Virus record (IMG/VR): IMGVR_UViG_3300020463_000007
Span: 1-64,000 of that record
Reading direction: 5' to 3' (one strand)
Length of the DNA stretch: 64,000 nucleotides
Source: a virus
The notes below the pieces were generated by a model that did not search any database, was not told where the DNA came from, and worked only from the letters and a program-made list of their open reading frames with translations. A program made the translations under genes and the position numbers. Positions within the stretch are counted from its first letter, which is position 1. Each line of letters begins with the position of its first letter. Below, in pieces: positions 28,341-38,200 of this stretch.

Positions 28341-29847
28341 GTGAGCCCTCTAGTGTTTTTACATCTTCCATAGCACCACGTGACTTTTTCTTCTTACCAC
28401 GTGAAGCTTCTTCCATTGCGCCTCTTGACTTTTTCTTCTTACCTCGATCAGCTTCAGTTGTCTTTACATCTTCCATAGCACCACGTGACTTTTTCTTCTT
28501 ACCACGTGAAGCTTCGTCAGTTCTGTATTTTTCCTGAAGTGCGTTCCAAAGTGTTTCTCTAATAGACATTGGATTATCACCTAATTGTGTTGCAGGATAT
28601 GATTTTTTAGGTTTGTTAATACCACCTGCTAAATCCCTTAACATATAGTCATCATCTTTGTATTCTGGGTCTGGCGAATTATCCCATTCGTCCATTAATT
28701 CGTTATACTCAGCTTCATCTTCTTCTCCGCATGGGCTAGGTGGTCCTTCTCTGTCCATACCCATTGGTGGCATATCCATTGAAGGCTTATCCATTGAAGG
28801 TAATGCTTTAATTGCCATCATTCTTGGCTCTTCCATACCTGCATTCTTTAAGATACCTACTAGTTCTGATACTTCTCTTGCATCAGTACCACTCATTGAA
28901 ATATTCATTGAAGCTTCATTAAATGTTTCTGTAGCCATTGCTTGTCTATCTGTTTTTGGTTTCTTATCTTTTCTGTCTTTTGCTTGATTGGCTGCACTCA
29001 TTGGATCGTCTGCTTGACCTGCACCTGCATCTAGTTCAGCTTGATCAGCGCCATCAATTCCTGCTGAAGCTTGTGCCGCTGCAACATCTGCTGAATCTAC
29101 ACCTTGTTGTGATGCTTGTGCCGCTGCTTGATCTGCTGGTGGTGCAGTTGGATTACCATCTGGTGCTGTTGCTGTTGCCGCTGCCCCTGTTGGATTACCA
29201 TCTGGGCCTGTTGCCGCTCCACCGCTAGGTTGCGTTGGTGCTGACTGTGCTGTTGGTGCTGCCGGCTTTGGTGTAGGTTTTGCTGCTGGAGCTGACCCGC
29301 CACTTGCCTTTTGCAATGCTTTCATTGTGTTAGGACCTGCTTGGCCGTCTGCTGTTAAACCTTGAGCAGTTTGAAATGCTTTTACTGCCGCAAATGTTCC
29401 TGGTCCATACTTACCGTCTGCGCCTCCAGTATCATGACCTGCTTTTGTTAATGCTTGTTGCATAGCCTTAATGTTATCCATAGGCTTTTTGCCGCCGGCA
29501 TTATATGCTTTCATTAAATTAGGAGTAGTTACGTCAAGACCACCACCGGCTGGTGCTGGTGTTGTTGCATCACTTGCACCTGCTTGTGCAGTTGCATCTG
29601 CGGCGCCGTCTACACCTTGTTTGGCTACTGGTTTCTCTGCTTTAGGATCTGCACCTGTCTTCTGTTGTACATCTTTTGCTATTTCAGCTGCCTGTGCATC
29701 ATCCATACCTAGTGTTTTCTTAACAAATCCTGTTAAGTCTTCCCACCAACCTTCGTCTAATTGTCCGGCTTCTTTCTTATCTATTAAGTTTCTAGTTTCT
29801 GTGCCGTAAGCGTCAGCAATTTTAATTAATTCTTTAAAATCTTTCAT
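28303..29847 (-). CDS. Putative internal virion protein with peptidoglycan-binding domain and basic repeat tail
   Basis: PG_binding_1 pattern MQQAL...DGKYGPGTFAAVKAFQ...GLTADGQAGPNT; Ala/Pro/Gln linker; (S/D)RGKKKKSRG repeats. Confidence 0.7.
   Translation of the reverse strand: MKDFKELIKIADAYGTETRNLIDKKEAGQLDEGWWEDLTGFVKKTLGMDDAQAAEIAKDVQQKTGADPKAEKPVAKQGVDGAADATAQAGASDATTPAPAGGGLDVTTPNLMKAYNAGGKKPMDNIKAMQQALTKAGHDTGGADGKYGPGTFAAVKAFQTAQGLTADGQAGPNTMKALQKASGGSAPAAKPTPKPAAPTAQSAPTQPSGGAATGPDGNPTGAAATATAPDGNPTAPPADQAAAQASQQGVDSADVAAAQASAGIDGADQAELDAGAGQADDPMSAANQAKDRKDKKPKTDRQAMATETFNEASMNISMSGTDAREVSELVGILKNAGMEEPRMMAIKALPSMDKPSMDMPPMGMDREGPPSPCGEEDEAEYNELMDEWDNSPDPEYKDDDYMLRDLAGGINKPKKSYPATQLGDNPMSIRETLWNALQEKYRTDEASRGKKKKSRGAMEDVKTTEADRGKKKKSRGAMEEASRGKKKKSRGAMEDVKTLEGSRGKKSRGKKSRG
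28358..28515. repeat. 53-bp perfect direct repeat (28358-28410 and 28463-28515) within a tandem basic-peptide array
   Basis: tttacatcttccatagcaccacgtgactttttcttcttaccacgtgaagcttc occurs twice, 105 bp apart. Confidence 0.9.
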
Positions 29848-29848
29848 G

Positions 29849-30406
29849 TTATCCTCCTACAACACTTTTTGAGTTTTCAACATTTTCTATATCTTTTGAT
29901 TCACCTGGCTTAATTCCACCTGTGTAATCAACTTCTCTGTTTGCTTTTGATGTTTCTAATTCTTTTAACAAGTCCATTATCCTTGCACCAGCTACTTCTT
30001 GTTGAGCACTTTCTGATTCAAGTTCTTCTGTATTTAATTTGGACTCATATGGGCTATCGTCTATCTCGCCTTGGTATTCTTCAATAGGATCAAATTCACC
30101 TCTAACAATTATATGGCTATGCGTAACACCGCATGCATCTACCAGGTACTTTTCTAGCAGATGAGCTGTAACTGGGTAGTTTACTTCTGCTTCCCAATGT
30201 GTAACTTCCATATTTTGTAGCTGTGGAAAATCTAATGGTTTTTCAGTAATTGGTGTTGTTTTTCCTGCACTTAAATTTTTTAGATCGTATTTCTTTAATG
30301 CACTTTCCATCGCATCAGGAAACTTTTCAGGCACTTCGCCTGCAACACGAATTTTAAATTTATAAGTCTTTTTTGACTCTGTTAAATATTGATCAAAAGA
30401 TTTCAT
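29849..30406 (-). CDS. Putative internal head protein
   Basis: N-terminus MKSFDQYLTE resembles the T4 capsid-targeting sequence (MKTYQEFIAE); late motif at 30434-30441. Confidence 0.6.
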   Translation of the reverse strand: MKSFDQYLTESKKTYKFKIRVAGEVPEKFPDAMESALKKYDLKNLSAGKTTPITEKPLDFPQLQNMEVTHWEAEVNYPVTAHLLEKYLVDACGVTHSHIIVRGEFDPIEEYQGEIDDSPYESKLNTEELESESAQQEVAGARIMDLLKELETSKANREVDYTGGIKPGESKDIENVENSKSVVGG

Positions 30407-30432
30407 TTTTAAACCCCAAATATTATATATTG

Positions 30433-30552
30433 TTATTTATCATTAATAACCCACTTTTGTTTCTGAATGTCCCACTTGACTTCGTCTTCTGAAACATGTG
30501 AATTGCCATGAGAGTACTTTTTACCCCTAGAATTAACCGTTTTGTTAGGCAT
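30433..30552 (-). CDS. 39-aa hypothetical protein
   Basis: Manually translated MPNKTVNSRGKKYSH...QKWVINDK. Confidence 0.35.
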   Translation of the reverse strand: MPNKTVNSRGKKYSHGNSHVSEDEVKWDIQKQKWVINDK

Positions 30553-30559
30553 TAATTTT

Positions 30560-31063
30560 TTAGCCATCATTATTCATCCTTTTTAATTTTTCTAACAGGC
30601 TATTACGGTCTGTAACTACATATCCTTCGCCTGTTGTTATATTGCCATTATCTATTGTGTCATTGTCTAGTTTTGACTTTTTAAGCTGTAATTCTATCAT
30701 TTTTAACTTTTTATCCATCTTAGCAACTTTGGCATCGAGAGATGTTTTAAGCATTCCTCCAGCCACTTCAAAAACTCGCCCACTATATCTACTCTCCACG
30801 TTCATGCCTAAATCCATTAGATCTTCATAGGCATTAAGTGCCTTATCTGCTATTTCATTAAGCTCAGTATCGGCCATTTCGCCTAGCCCTTTTACAGCCG
30901 GCAAAGCACCTGCAATTTTATCGAATTCTGCAATATCACGCATTGTAGGCTCTTGTGTTTTGATAGCCATATCTGCTTTATTTGCATTGATTTTAGTTTC
31001 TTCTACTATTTCTTTTGAAGATGGCAAATTCAATAAGTCTTCAAGTTTTTTGGTCATTATCAA
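30560..31063 (-). CDS. Hypothetical protein, possible terminase small subunit
   Basis: Helical/coiled-coil, 167 aa, C-terminal TDRNSLL, late-like motif GATAAGTA upstream; lies in the packaging region. Confidence 0.45.
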   Translation of the reverse strand: MIMTKKLEDLLNLPSSKEIVEETKINANKADMAIKTQEPTMRDIAEFDKIAGALPAVKGLGEMADTELNEIADKALNAYEDLMDLGMNVESRYSGRVFEVAGGMLKTSLDAKVAKMDKKLKMIELQLKKSKLDNDTIDNGNITTGEGYVVTDRNSLLEKLKRMNNDG

Positions 31064-31084
31064 AATCCTTTATATATGTACTTA

Positions 31085-31327
31085 TCATTCCTTGAACTTT
31101 TCAATTTGCTCTTTGGTCCATTTATTTTGTTTATAATTTCTTTCTTTAAATGGTAAAGGTTTTCTATCGACATATAATTTACGTGGACATTGATATTCTT
31201 TTAGAGTTCTGGCAAACTCTTTTGTACTATCTCTACACTGATAAAAACAAAGTATATCTTCATTTACTATCATCTCTTCTTTTATATCACAAGCTAACAT
31301 GCCTGCCATTGCAAGTTCAATGATCAT
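31085..31327 (-). CDS. Small Cys-containing exported protein
   Basis: Short hydrophobic N-terminus; C...CFYQC...CP. Confidence 0.55.
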   Translation of the reverse strand: MIIELAMAGMLACDIKEEMIVNEDILCFYQCRDSTKEFARTLKEYQCPRKLYVDRKPLPFKERNYKQNKWTKEQIEKFKE

Positions 31328-31535
31328 ATATATTTGCTCCGTCTTGGGTATATATTGGTTTACAATAAGCAGTAATTCTGTGTTCAGGTGGAACTAAACT
31401 ACTGTAGTTATAATTTCCATACTGCATAGGTATACGTTTTGCGTAATATTGGCAAACATCTATACTTCTAAAAATCATAGGTTTAGGTTGTTGTACTTCA
31501 CCTATAAGAACTACTAATAAAAAAGCATGTATCAT
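31317..31535 (-). CDS. Small exported protein
   Basis: Signal-like N-terminus; FRSIDVC..YA...AYCKP. Confidence 0.55.
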   Translation of the reverse strand: MIHAFLLVVLIGEVQQPKPMIFRSIDVCQYYAKRIPMQYGNYNYSSLVPPEHRITAYCKPIYTQDGANIYDH

Positions 31536-31711
31536 TTGCTTTCCTCTATTTGTTCGCAGTTTACAAACATACGTGGTCGTCCCATAGAATGACGTATTTG
31601 TAAAGTTTCAACCTTTTCTGCGTGATACTTGCATTGGTCATATGTATCAAACTTTGCTGGACTTACAAATGCTACACCCCAACTAAATGATACTACTAAC
31701 ATGTATTCCAT
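31532..31711 (-). CDS. 59-aa exported protein, similar in pattern to the 31317 gene
   Basis: Manually translated MEYMLVVSFSWG...FDTYDQCKYHA...VNCEQ. Confidence 0.55.
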   Translation of the reverse strand: MEYMLVVSFSWGVAFVSPAKFDTYDQCKYHAEKVETLQIRHSMGRPRMFVNCEQIEESK

Positions 31712-31914
31712 ATTGCCCTCTATCTCCTCCTAACAGTTTTTTTGTTTGCATTGGCTTTGGCTTTTTCTTGTTCTACTTTTATTTTATCTTTTTGTTTTGA
31801 TTGTTCAAAAAATTGACCCATCACAAATCCTATTGTATAACAAACAATTATTATTATACACATAAAACTTACAGCCAAATAATTGACTTCACTCATCTTT
31901 ATTGCCCTCTATCT
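31711..31914. repeat. 15-bp direct repeat flanking a one-gene cassette
   Basis: tattgccctctatct at 31711-31725 and 31900-31914. Confidence 0.8.
31720..31896 (-). CDS. 58-aa single-TM protein
   Basis: Manually translated MSEVNYLAVSFMCIIIIVCYTIGFVMG...KKTVRRR. Confidence 0.5.
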   Translation of the reverse strand: MSEVNYLAVSFMCIIIIVCYTIGFVMGQFFEQSKQKDKIKVEQEKAKANANKKTVRRR

Positions 31915-32208
31915 AGTAAGTCTATCCCACTGACTTTTTAATCTATTAGTTTTTTTAGGTTTTTCATTTTTTTGATTTTGTTGTTCTATAAAATCATCTT
32001 TTTTCTCAGTTTTTTTAAAACGTGGCTTTTCTCTTTGATCTAATTGTGCTCTAAATTGTTCTGTAACTGTTGGATCGTTACAATGTTTGATAAAAGTCAT
32101 CATGCCAGGATAACCAGATCCTTTAAATATAAGTCGTCCGGAAATATAAACTGATGCTTTGTTACTTCCTAATAATAGTACTGCATTTTTGTATTCATAT
32201 CTTGTCAA
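31909..32208 (-). CDS. Hypothetical protein
   Basis: ORF overlapping the gp4-like stop codon. Confidence 0.55.
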   Translation of the reverse strand: MTRYEYKNAVLLLGSNKASVYISGRLIFKGSGYPGMMTFIKHCNDPTVTEQFRAQLDQREKPRFKKTEKKDDFIEQQNQKNEKPKKTNRLKSQWDRLTR

Positions 32209-32642
32209 CCACGTCTACCCTTATGAAAAATATCCCCTTCTGTAATTACTCTAAAAAATATTCTTTTTTGTTTGCACCAAGCTCTAGCAGCTTTCCATTT
32301 TGCTTGATTAACTACAAAATGTGCTTTATTGTATTTACTTCTTCCTAACTTTTCTTCTATTGCTTGATTTGATGGTTTAACTTCTATAAGTTCAACATGT
32401 TGTTTGCCTTGGGCATTAGTATATGTAATAAAAAAGTCAGGTACATAAATTGTAAATTTTCCTGTCAATGGGTTTCTATAAGGAATCTTTACTGCTTCAC
32501 TTGCCCAATTACGTACACTATTATGCTCGTCACAAAATTTCATGAAAGCAAATTCCCAACTAGATCTATATGTAGGTACAGTTGTACCAATATACTTCTC
32601 TGGGTTCTTTAAGGTATATTTGCCTTGTGCAAACCTAGCCAT
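32205..32642 (-). CDS. Head completion nuclease (T4 gp4 / TnsA-like)
   Basis: NPEKYIG, YRSSWE, WASE, YVPDF, IEVKP and NQAKW motifs. Confidence 0.88.
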   Translation of the reverse strand: MARFAQGKYTLKNPEKYIGTTVPTYRSSWEFAFMKFCDEHNSVRNWASEAVKIPYRNPLTGKFTIYVPDFFITYTNAQGKQHVELIEVKPSNQAIEEKLGRSKYNKAHFVVNQAKWKAARAWCKQKRIFFRVITEGDIFHKGRRG

Positions 32643-32645
32643 AGC

Positions 32646-33014
32646 TTACACCAATATGTTTCTGCGTTCTGTTTTATCTGAAATTTGATCTGCGGTAGAA
32701 TAACCTATTGAACTTGTTGCATCTCTATTATAATTTAATATCTCTGCAACTACATTACTTAATTGTGTTTCTGATAATCCTTTTAATGTATCTAATAATT
32801 GAAATACAGGAATTTCATCAAGTTTTGCTTGTGTCAATAAAACTGTAGTTGTTGCTCTTGCGGCTTCACTGCTGAACCCTCTTTTTTCAAAGTAACCAAC
32901 AACAGCATTTACATCATTGGTTGGAAAACTAATAGACTTAGTATAATATTTGTCAAAAAAATCTGTAACTTTTTTATCGTTGTTAGCAACATTATTGGAT
33001 GGTAAACTTGGCAT
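32646..33014 (-). CDS. Hypothetical protein
   Basis: Clean ORF in the morphogenesis operon. Confidence 0.65.
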   Translation of the reverse strand: MPSLPSNNVANNDKKVTDFFDKYYTKSISFPTNDVNAVVGYFEKRGFSSEAARATTTVLLTQAKLDEIPVFQLLDTLKGLSETQLSNVVAEILNYNRDATSSIGYSTADQISDKTERRNILV

Positions 33015-33016
33015 TT

Positions 33017-34288
33017 TTATGTTCCTGTGACTTGTGCATTTAGAGCGGCTCTATCAGCACTTCCTTGATTATTAAAATTTGCGTTAGCTTCGTTAACACC
33101 ACCAGCATTTCCGTTTGCTTGGAAGTTAGATCTATTTTGTTGCCTTGCGGCTGATTCTGCTGCCGCTGGATTTTGACTTGCATTTGATCCGCTTATTGCA
33201 GATGATAATGAACGTAATCCGACCACTGCAGCTGTAGCTACAGCTAAATCCCCTGCTCCTCCTAAACCTCCAGTCTTAGGAAATACAGTTTGTGAAACTC
33301 CGCTTACATTTGTGCCTCCTGCGGCACCTATTGCTCCGGTCAGTAAATTAAATCCTTCCGCACGTAATCCTTCACTACTTAAATTTCTAGCGTTAGCAAT
33401 TAATCCTGCCGCTGCCAGTCCTGCTTGTAATGGACTATTAAAACCAGTACCTTGTGTAATAAATCCAAATAGTTGTGATGCTGTGCCCAGAATACCTCCA
33501 AGCCCGCCACCACTTAACATGCTAGGGGTATTATCATAATGTTCTGGTGCACCAAATCCTTTAGGATTTCCGTTAGTACCAGTTTCAACATTACCCCTAT
33601 CATAAAACACTGATTCATATGCCACTGTAATAGTATTTGCCATTGTGGTTGTACCATCAGCTGAATCAACTGTATCATGTTGCCAATCAGTAATAATTGG
33701 ATTTACTAACGTGTAGGTTGTATACGCCTTTCTTGCCATTTGTGAAATTTGTATATTTTGAAAAAATGGTACTGTAATATTGTTATCTAAACCGTATGAG
33801 AATGTATTTGCTCCAGGACCTTTATATGTGTTATCTCCTGCACCAGCTTTATTATATGCGCCTGGAATTGATTTGTAATTACCGTCTGCAAAATAATATC
33901 TATAATATGCTTCTAGTAATGCTGTAGTGACACCATAATTGTCATCATGAAATGTAATTGTAATTGGATTATATTTTATAGCTGTTTGAACATTCTTTTT
34001 TCTGTTGTATTTGTTTTTAGTTTCAACATCTGCACTGAATCTTGGAAGGTCTGCACTTTTAACAAGCATACCTATTTCTAATTCATGTTTTTGTTTTAGA
34101 TCAGGTAGAATACTTGCCGCTGCAGGATCCATTTGAAAAAAGCAGTGGTATAAAAATTTCTGGTGTGGTGCAAGTTTTTGATTTTCAGTTACAAAAAGTC
34201 TACTAGCATGAGCGTAATCACCTAAGTTTCCTTTAGGGCTTAAAACACCATCTGCTAACTGTCCTAAAAATCCATTGAATGCTGACAT
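33017..34288 (-). CDS. Tail tube-like baseplate protein (gp48/gp54-like)
   Basis: VKSADLP, YNPITITFHDD and TITVAYE (gp19-like fold) with a Gly/Ala-rich tail; late motif at 34310-34317. Confidence 0.7.
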   Translation of the reverse strand: MSAFNGFLGQLADGVLSPKGNLGDYAHASRLFVTENQKLAPHQKFLYHCFFQMDPAAASILPDLKQKHELEIGMLVKSADLPRFSADVETKNKYNRKKNVQTAIKYNPITITFHDDNYGVTTALLEAYYRYYFADGNYKSIPGAYNKAGAGDNTYKGPGANTFSYGLDNNITVPFFQNIQISQMARKAYTTYTLVNPIITDWQHDTVDSADGTTTMANTITVAYESVFYDRGNVETGTNGNPKGFGAPEHYDNTPSMLSGGGLGGILGTASQLFGFITQGTGFNSPLQAGLAAAGLIANARNLSSEGLRAEGFNLLTGAIGAAGGTNVSGVSQTVFPKTGGLGGAGDLAVATAAVVGLRSLSSAISGSNASQNPAAAESAARQQNRSNFQANGNAGGVNEANANFNNQGSADRAALNAQVTGT

Positions 34289-34325
34289 TAATATAATCTC
34301 CTATATTAATATTTATCCATATAAA

Positions 34326-34520
34326 TTAACTGGTCATATTAAAATCTAATTGTCCCCAAGGTATAGGATTTCCGTATGTATCTGTAATTATTTCACCACC
34401 TATAGATCCAACCATTAATTTACCATGTTCATGATAATACTTCGATGGTTTTATTTCTACACCGTTTTTATACTTTTTATAGTTTGGAGATATTTGACCT
34501 TTACGTTTTTTAAACGCCAT
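34326..34520 (-). CDS. Small hypothetical protein
   Basis: Has an RBS and late motif GATAAATA at 34540-34547. Confidence 0.55.
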   Translation of the reverse strand: MAFKKRKGQISPNYKKYKNGVEIKPSKYYHEHGKLMVGSIGGEIITDTYGNPIPWGQLDFNMTS

Positions 34521-34564
34521 TATGTTTCCTTTTTGAAGGTATTTATCGTCAAGGAGTATAGGTC

Positions 34565-34593
34565 AAAAAAAAAGGAGCCGAAGCTCCTTTTTT
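34565..34593 (-). terminator. Rho-independent terminator with cUUCGg tetraloop downstream of the tail tube gene
   Basis: AAAAAAGGAGC-TTCG-GCTCC-TTTTTTTTT on the minus strand; potentially bidirectional. Confidence 0.9.
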
Positions 34594-34610
34594 AATTATT
34601 AATTTATATG

Positions 34611-35237
34611 TTAAACGCCGCCACCTGTAATAAGTGTATTCACTGTACGTCCAACCGCTGTACCTAATCCTGTACCTTGTGGTGTTTGGATTGCGTTATC
34701 GTATTGTATTTCTAGTGTTACTCTCATTGGTTCGTTGTTAGCATATGCTAGTTCGTTATAGTTTGCATTTGTTACAAAACAACCATATAATTCAAATGTT
34801 TCTAGTGTAGTCGGAGTATTTGCACCGTTACCACCATCTAGGATTTCAATTGTAGTTGTAAACTTATAATCTTGTCCTGATGCTGCACTTGACTGTTCGA
34901 AGAAATCAAATTGTTTCTGTAATTGCTCACCTACTAATTTTTGTACGTTATTGTTTACATCTTCACGTAAATTAATAGTAATTGGTGACCAAGTATGCTT
35001 ACCTGCTAGGTATGCTTTAGAGTTATAAACTGGAATTTCAATTGGTTCAAAAGCAACTGTTGGTCTAGTTACATCCACTACTTGTTTTGTCAATTCTGTA
35101 GTTGGTGTAGTTACACCAAAATTTTGCAAAGAAACTCTAAATCGATATTGCAGTTTCGGCATTAACAAGCCCTGATTGCTTGCGGAATCTCCACTAGCTA
35201 AAGGGACTGTAATTTTTGATAGTGTTGAAATAGACAT
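34611..35237 (-). CDS. Tail tube protein (gp19-like)
   Basis: Follows the sheath gene; YLAGKHTWSPITI, FELYGCF and IQYDNA; late motif at 35261-35268. Confidence 0.88.
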   Translation of the reverse strand: MSISTLSKITVPLASGDSASNQGLLMPKLQYRFRVSLQNFGVTTPTTELTKQVVDVTRPTVAFEPIEIPVYNSKAYLAGKHTWSPITINLREDVNNNVQKLVGEQLQKQFDFFEQSSAASGQDYKFTTTIEILDGGNGANTPTTLETFELYGCFVTNANYNELAYANNEPMRVTLEIQYDNAIQTPQGTGLGTAVGRTVNTLITGGGV

Positions 35238-35271
35238 TTAGTTTGCTCCTATATTAATTGTATTTATCATA

Positions 35272-38200
35272 TTAGAGTCCTGCAATTTCCCCAGTATTTT
35301 TAAGCCTTAGTGGAATGTAAATAAATTCTACTGCTTTTACTGGTTCTATAGCTATATCTAAATATAGTTCATTACGGTCAATTCTACTTGGTGTATTATT
35401 GGACTCATCACAGACAACTAAGAAGTCATACAATGCTCTTTGTCCTACTAATTCTAACAGTAAGCTCTCTGCCGCTCCTTTAATCTCATCTCTAGTAATT
35501 TTATCATTAGGTTCAAAGATATATGGTTTTGCAAGTTTTTGTAATTGACTACGTAGGTAAATTACTAAACGTGCTACGTTAATTCTATCTAACGCACTTG
35601 TACCTCTAGCACGAGTTTTTTGTCCATATGCTACTAAGCCTGCTCCTGTAATAAATGTAATAGGATTGACATTCTGTGCGTACAAAGTATCTCTCTGACC
35701 TTCGTTTAATGATACAACATTAAATTCACCTTCTGCATCAACAAACCCTGTTGAAGTTGCATTAGTTATGCCACCTCTTCTAATACCTGCTGGTGCAAAC
35801 CATGGAAAGCTAACCTGATCGCTTAGTGCCATAGTTCTTAGCATCATGTGACTTGGTGGAACAACAATGTTGTTGCCCGCATTATCACTTGAAAATCCTG
35901 CTGGATAAAACACGCCTAAGTATTCATCTCTTGACACAAGTCCATCATCATTATCTTCTGGTGCTAACGCTTGGTTAGTTGCCCAATTATTAAGATCAGT
36001 TGCATTAGATTTTAATGTAAATGGAGCATCACCTATGATAAATGCACTTAAACCTCTGTCATAGTTAAGGCTGATCATTTCACCAATAAGTTCTGGGTAT
36101 CCTGGAGTAGCCATTAAGTTAAACAATCTTGACTCATCATCTCTAATATCAGAATTGCTGTTAACTAATGATTGAAGTGCTTGAACAACAACTTTACGCT
36201 GTGCCTTAGCACCAAAGCTACCTGAACCATCTGCTTGGTTACCTGACTCAGTCACCCAACGATGTGGATAATAATTTTCCATCGCTTCGTTGTTATTGAA
36301 TCTTAAATTATCACCGTTTACATTTACCCAGTTACGCTCAAATCTTTTTACGTTAAATCCACTTCTACGTAGATTGTAAAGTAACATACCTTTTGGATAA
36401 AGTGCTGGATCTGGAGCATCAGTATCTAAGAAGTTACTTACAAGTAAGTCCTCAATTGCACTTGCTGTTGATAAAGATCCTGCTGTTGCATAACGTGCAT
36501 CTGCAAACAATACACCATTCTCTGTAGTTTGATCGGCGCTATCACGTAGCTCCCATCTATTTGCAATTGGTGTGTTTAGTTTATTTGCGTTGAACACATA
36601 TATTTGTGGGTAGCTTGATAATACTGCTGTACTAATCCAAACGTCTCCATTTTTTAGTGCAGTACCATCACTTTGTAGTGTTGGAGAACTTGCACTTACA
36701 ATCGGTCCTGCTGGATCTGTTTGTTCACCTTCAGAAGCATTGTAGTATGGGCTAGTTGAATCTAAATAACCTACCCAAGTAGTACCATTATGAATCATAA
36801 GATCTACTTCGTCTACAACTGAACTATACCATAAAGTTCCTTGGTCTGTTAAAGCTGTAACTTCATTTGGACTTGCAGTATAAGCTAACGGCTTCCATTG
36901 ACTTGCTTGAAGTTGTAATGGATTTGTTGTGCCGTCTGTGCCTGCTACATAATAAAGATTAGGTGTACCGCTTGTTGTACTTACGTATGCAGTAAATCCT
37001 GCTTCAGTTAATGAACCGTCAGTATCAATAAATCTTATATCACCAAACTGTGAATGTGAAATTGTTACTCTATTTTGACTATCAACATCTGCTGTAACAT
37101 TTTCAATATTTGCACTTGTAATTGCTGCCGCAAGTGTGTCTGCATCAGTAATTGTGCCATTAAATGTAGCTGATACTGTAATTGGAGTGTTAAATGTTGC
37201 TTTACCTGCATCTGTTGAAGCTACAGTAAAAGTCTTTACACCTGCTGTCATAGTTGATGCAACAATCTTGCTTCCTCTTACAGATGTTGGAGTTGCTGCT
37301 TCTCTTCTATAAATTTTATATGAACCTAAAGGTTGTGCATCGCCTGCACAATTTGTTTGTACATATAGTGCGCCTGCTGCAAGATTGGCTCCGCCACCTG
37401 CTAAATCAAGTTTATAAAGTGCTTCTTCGTTGCTTGCATATAAAGGAGCTTCTATAGTTTCCCATAACAAAGTTGCACTATTGAATGACTTAACTCTAAA
37501 TCTTGCACCTAAATTTGCTTGTGTAGTTTTAAACCAAATACTACCTGTTGGACGAGTATATGTATCTGCTGTTTTCCATTCTGGCACTGATGTGTGTGCT
37601 GAAATTTGTAATGCTGGTGGAAAGTAATTACCTGCATCTATACCTAATAATGTTAATGTAGCACTATCGCCGCCAATAACAATTGGTCCGCCAAAAGTTG
37701 AATCTGCTGCACCTGAACTATTACCATCACTGTAAATTTCTAACTTACTGTTTACTGCCGCTGCAAGTACACCTGAAATTGATAATCCGTTAATTGTTGC
37801 AGCAATAGTTGTTACTGTATCAACCGATGTAACTGATATTGAAACTCCGTTTACTGTAATTGTTGTGCTTCCTGGAAAAGATGGATTCGCTTTAGAACCT
37901 TGTACGGTAGGCCAACTCTTCATCCAGTCTTCGCTACCTAACTGTACCCAAGTACCTGCTGTAACACCAGGGGCATTACCTGCTGTTTTATACCACATAG
38001 TATTGAGTGTTGTTAATGCTACTACTGCATAGTCGCCTATAGTACCAAATGATGTTTTAGGAGCACCTGGTGCTTCTGCTGTACCTGTAACAAATGTTAC
38101 GTCTGTTATAACGCTAGGTACTCTATTTGTAAAACTCTGTCCGCCTGTTACTGTTACTGCGGCTCCATTCCATTCTTGAAGACCAAATGTTGTTATGGAA

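Noticed and set aside
28303-28520. Tandem repeats as a possible CRISPR array
   Set aside because: The repeats are in-frame coding units with no unique spacers, and no cas genes are present.
29100-29290. Locally GC-richer repetitive stretch as foreign DNA
   Set aside because: It is explained by an Ala/Pro/Gln-rich linker (PDGNPT twice) within the 28303 gene.
32205-32642. TnsA-like nuclease as evidence for a Tn7 transposon
   Set aside because: It matches the T4 gp4 head-completion family in a morphogenesis context; no tnsB/tnsC genes or transposon ends are present.
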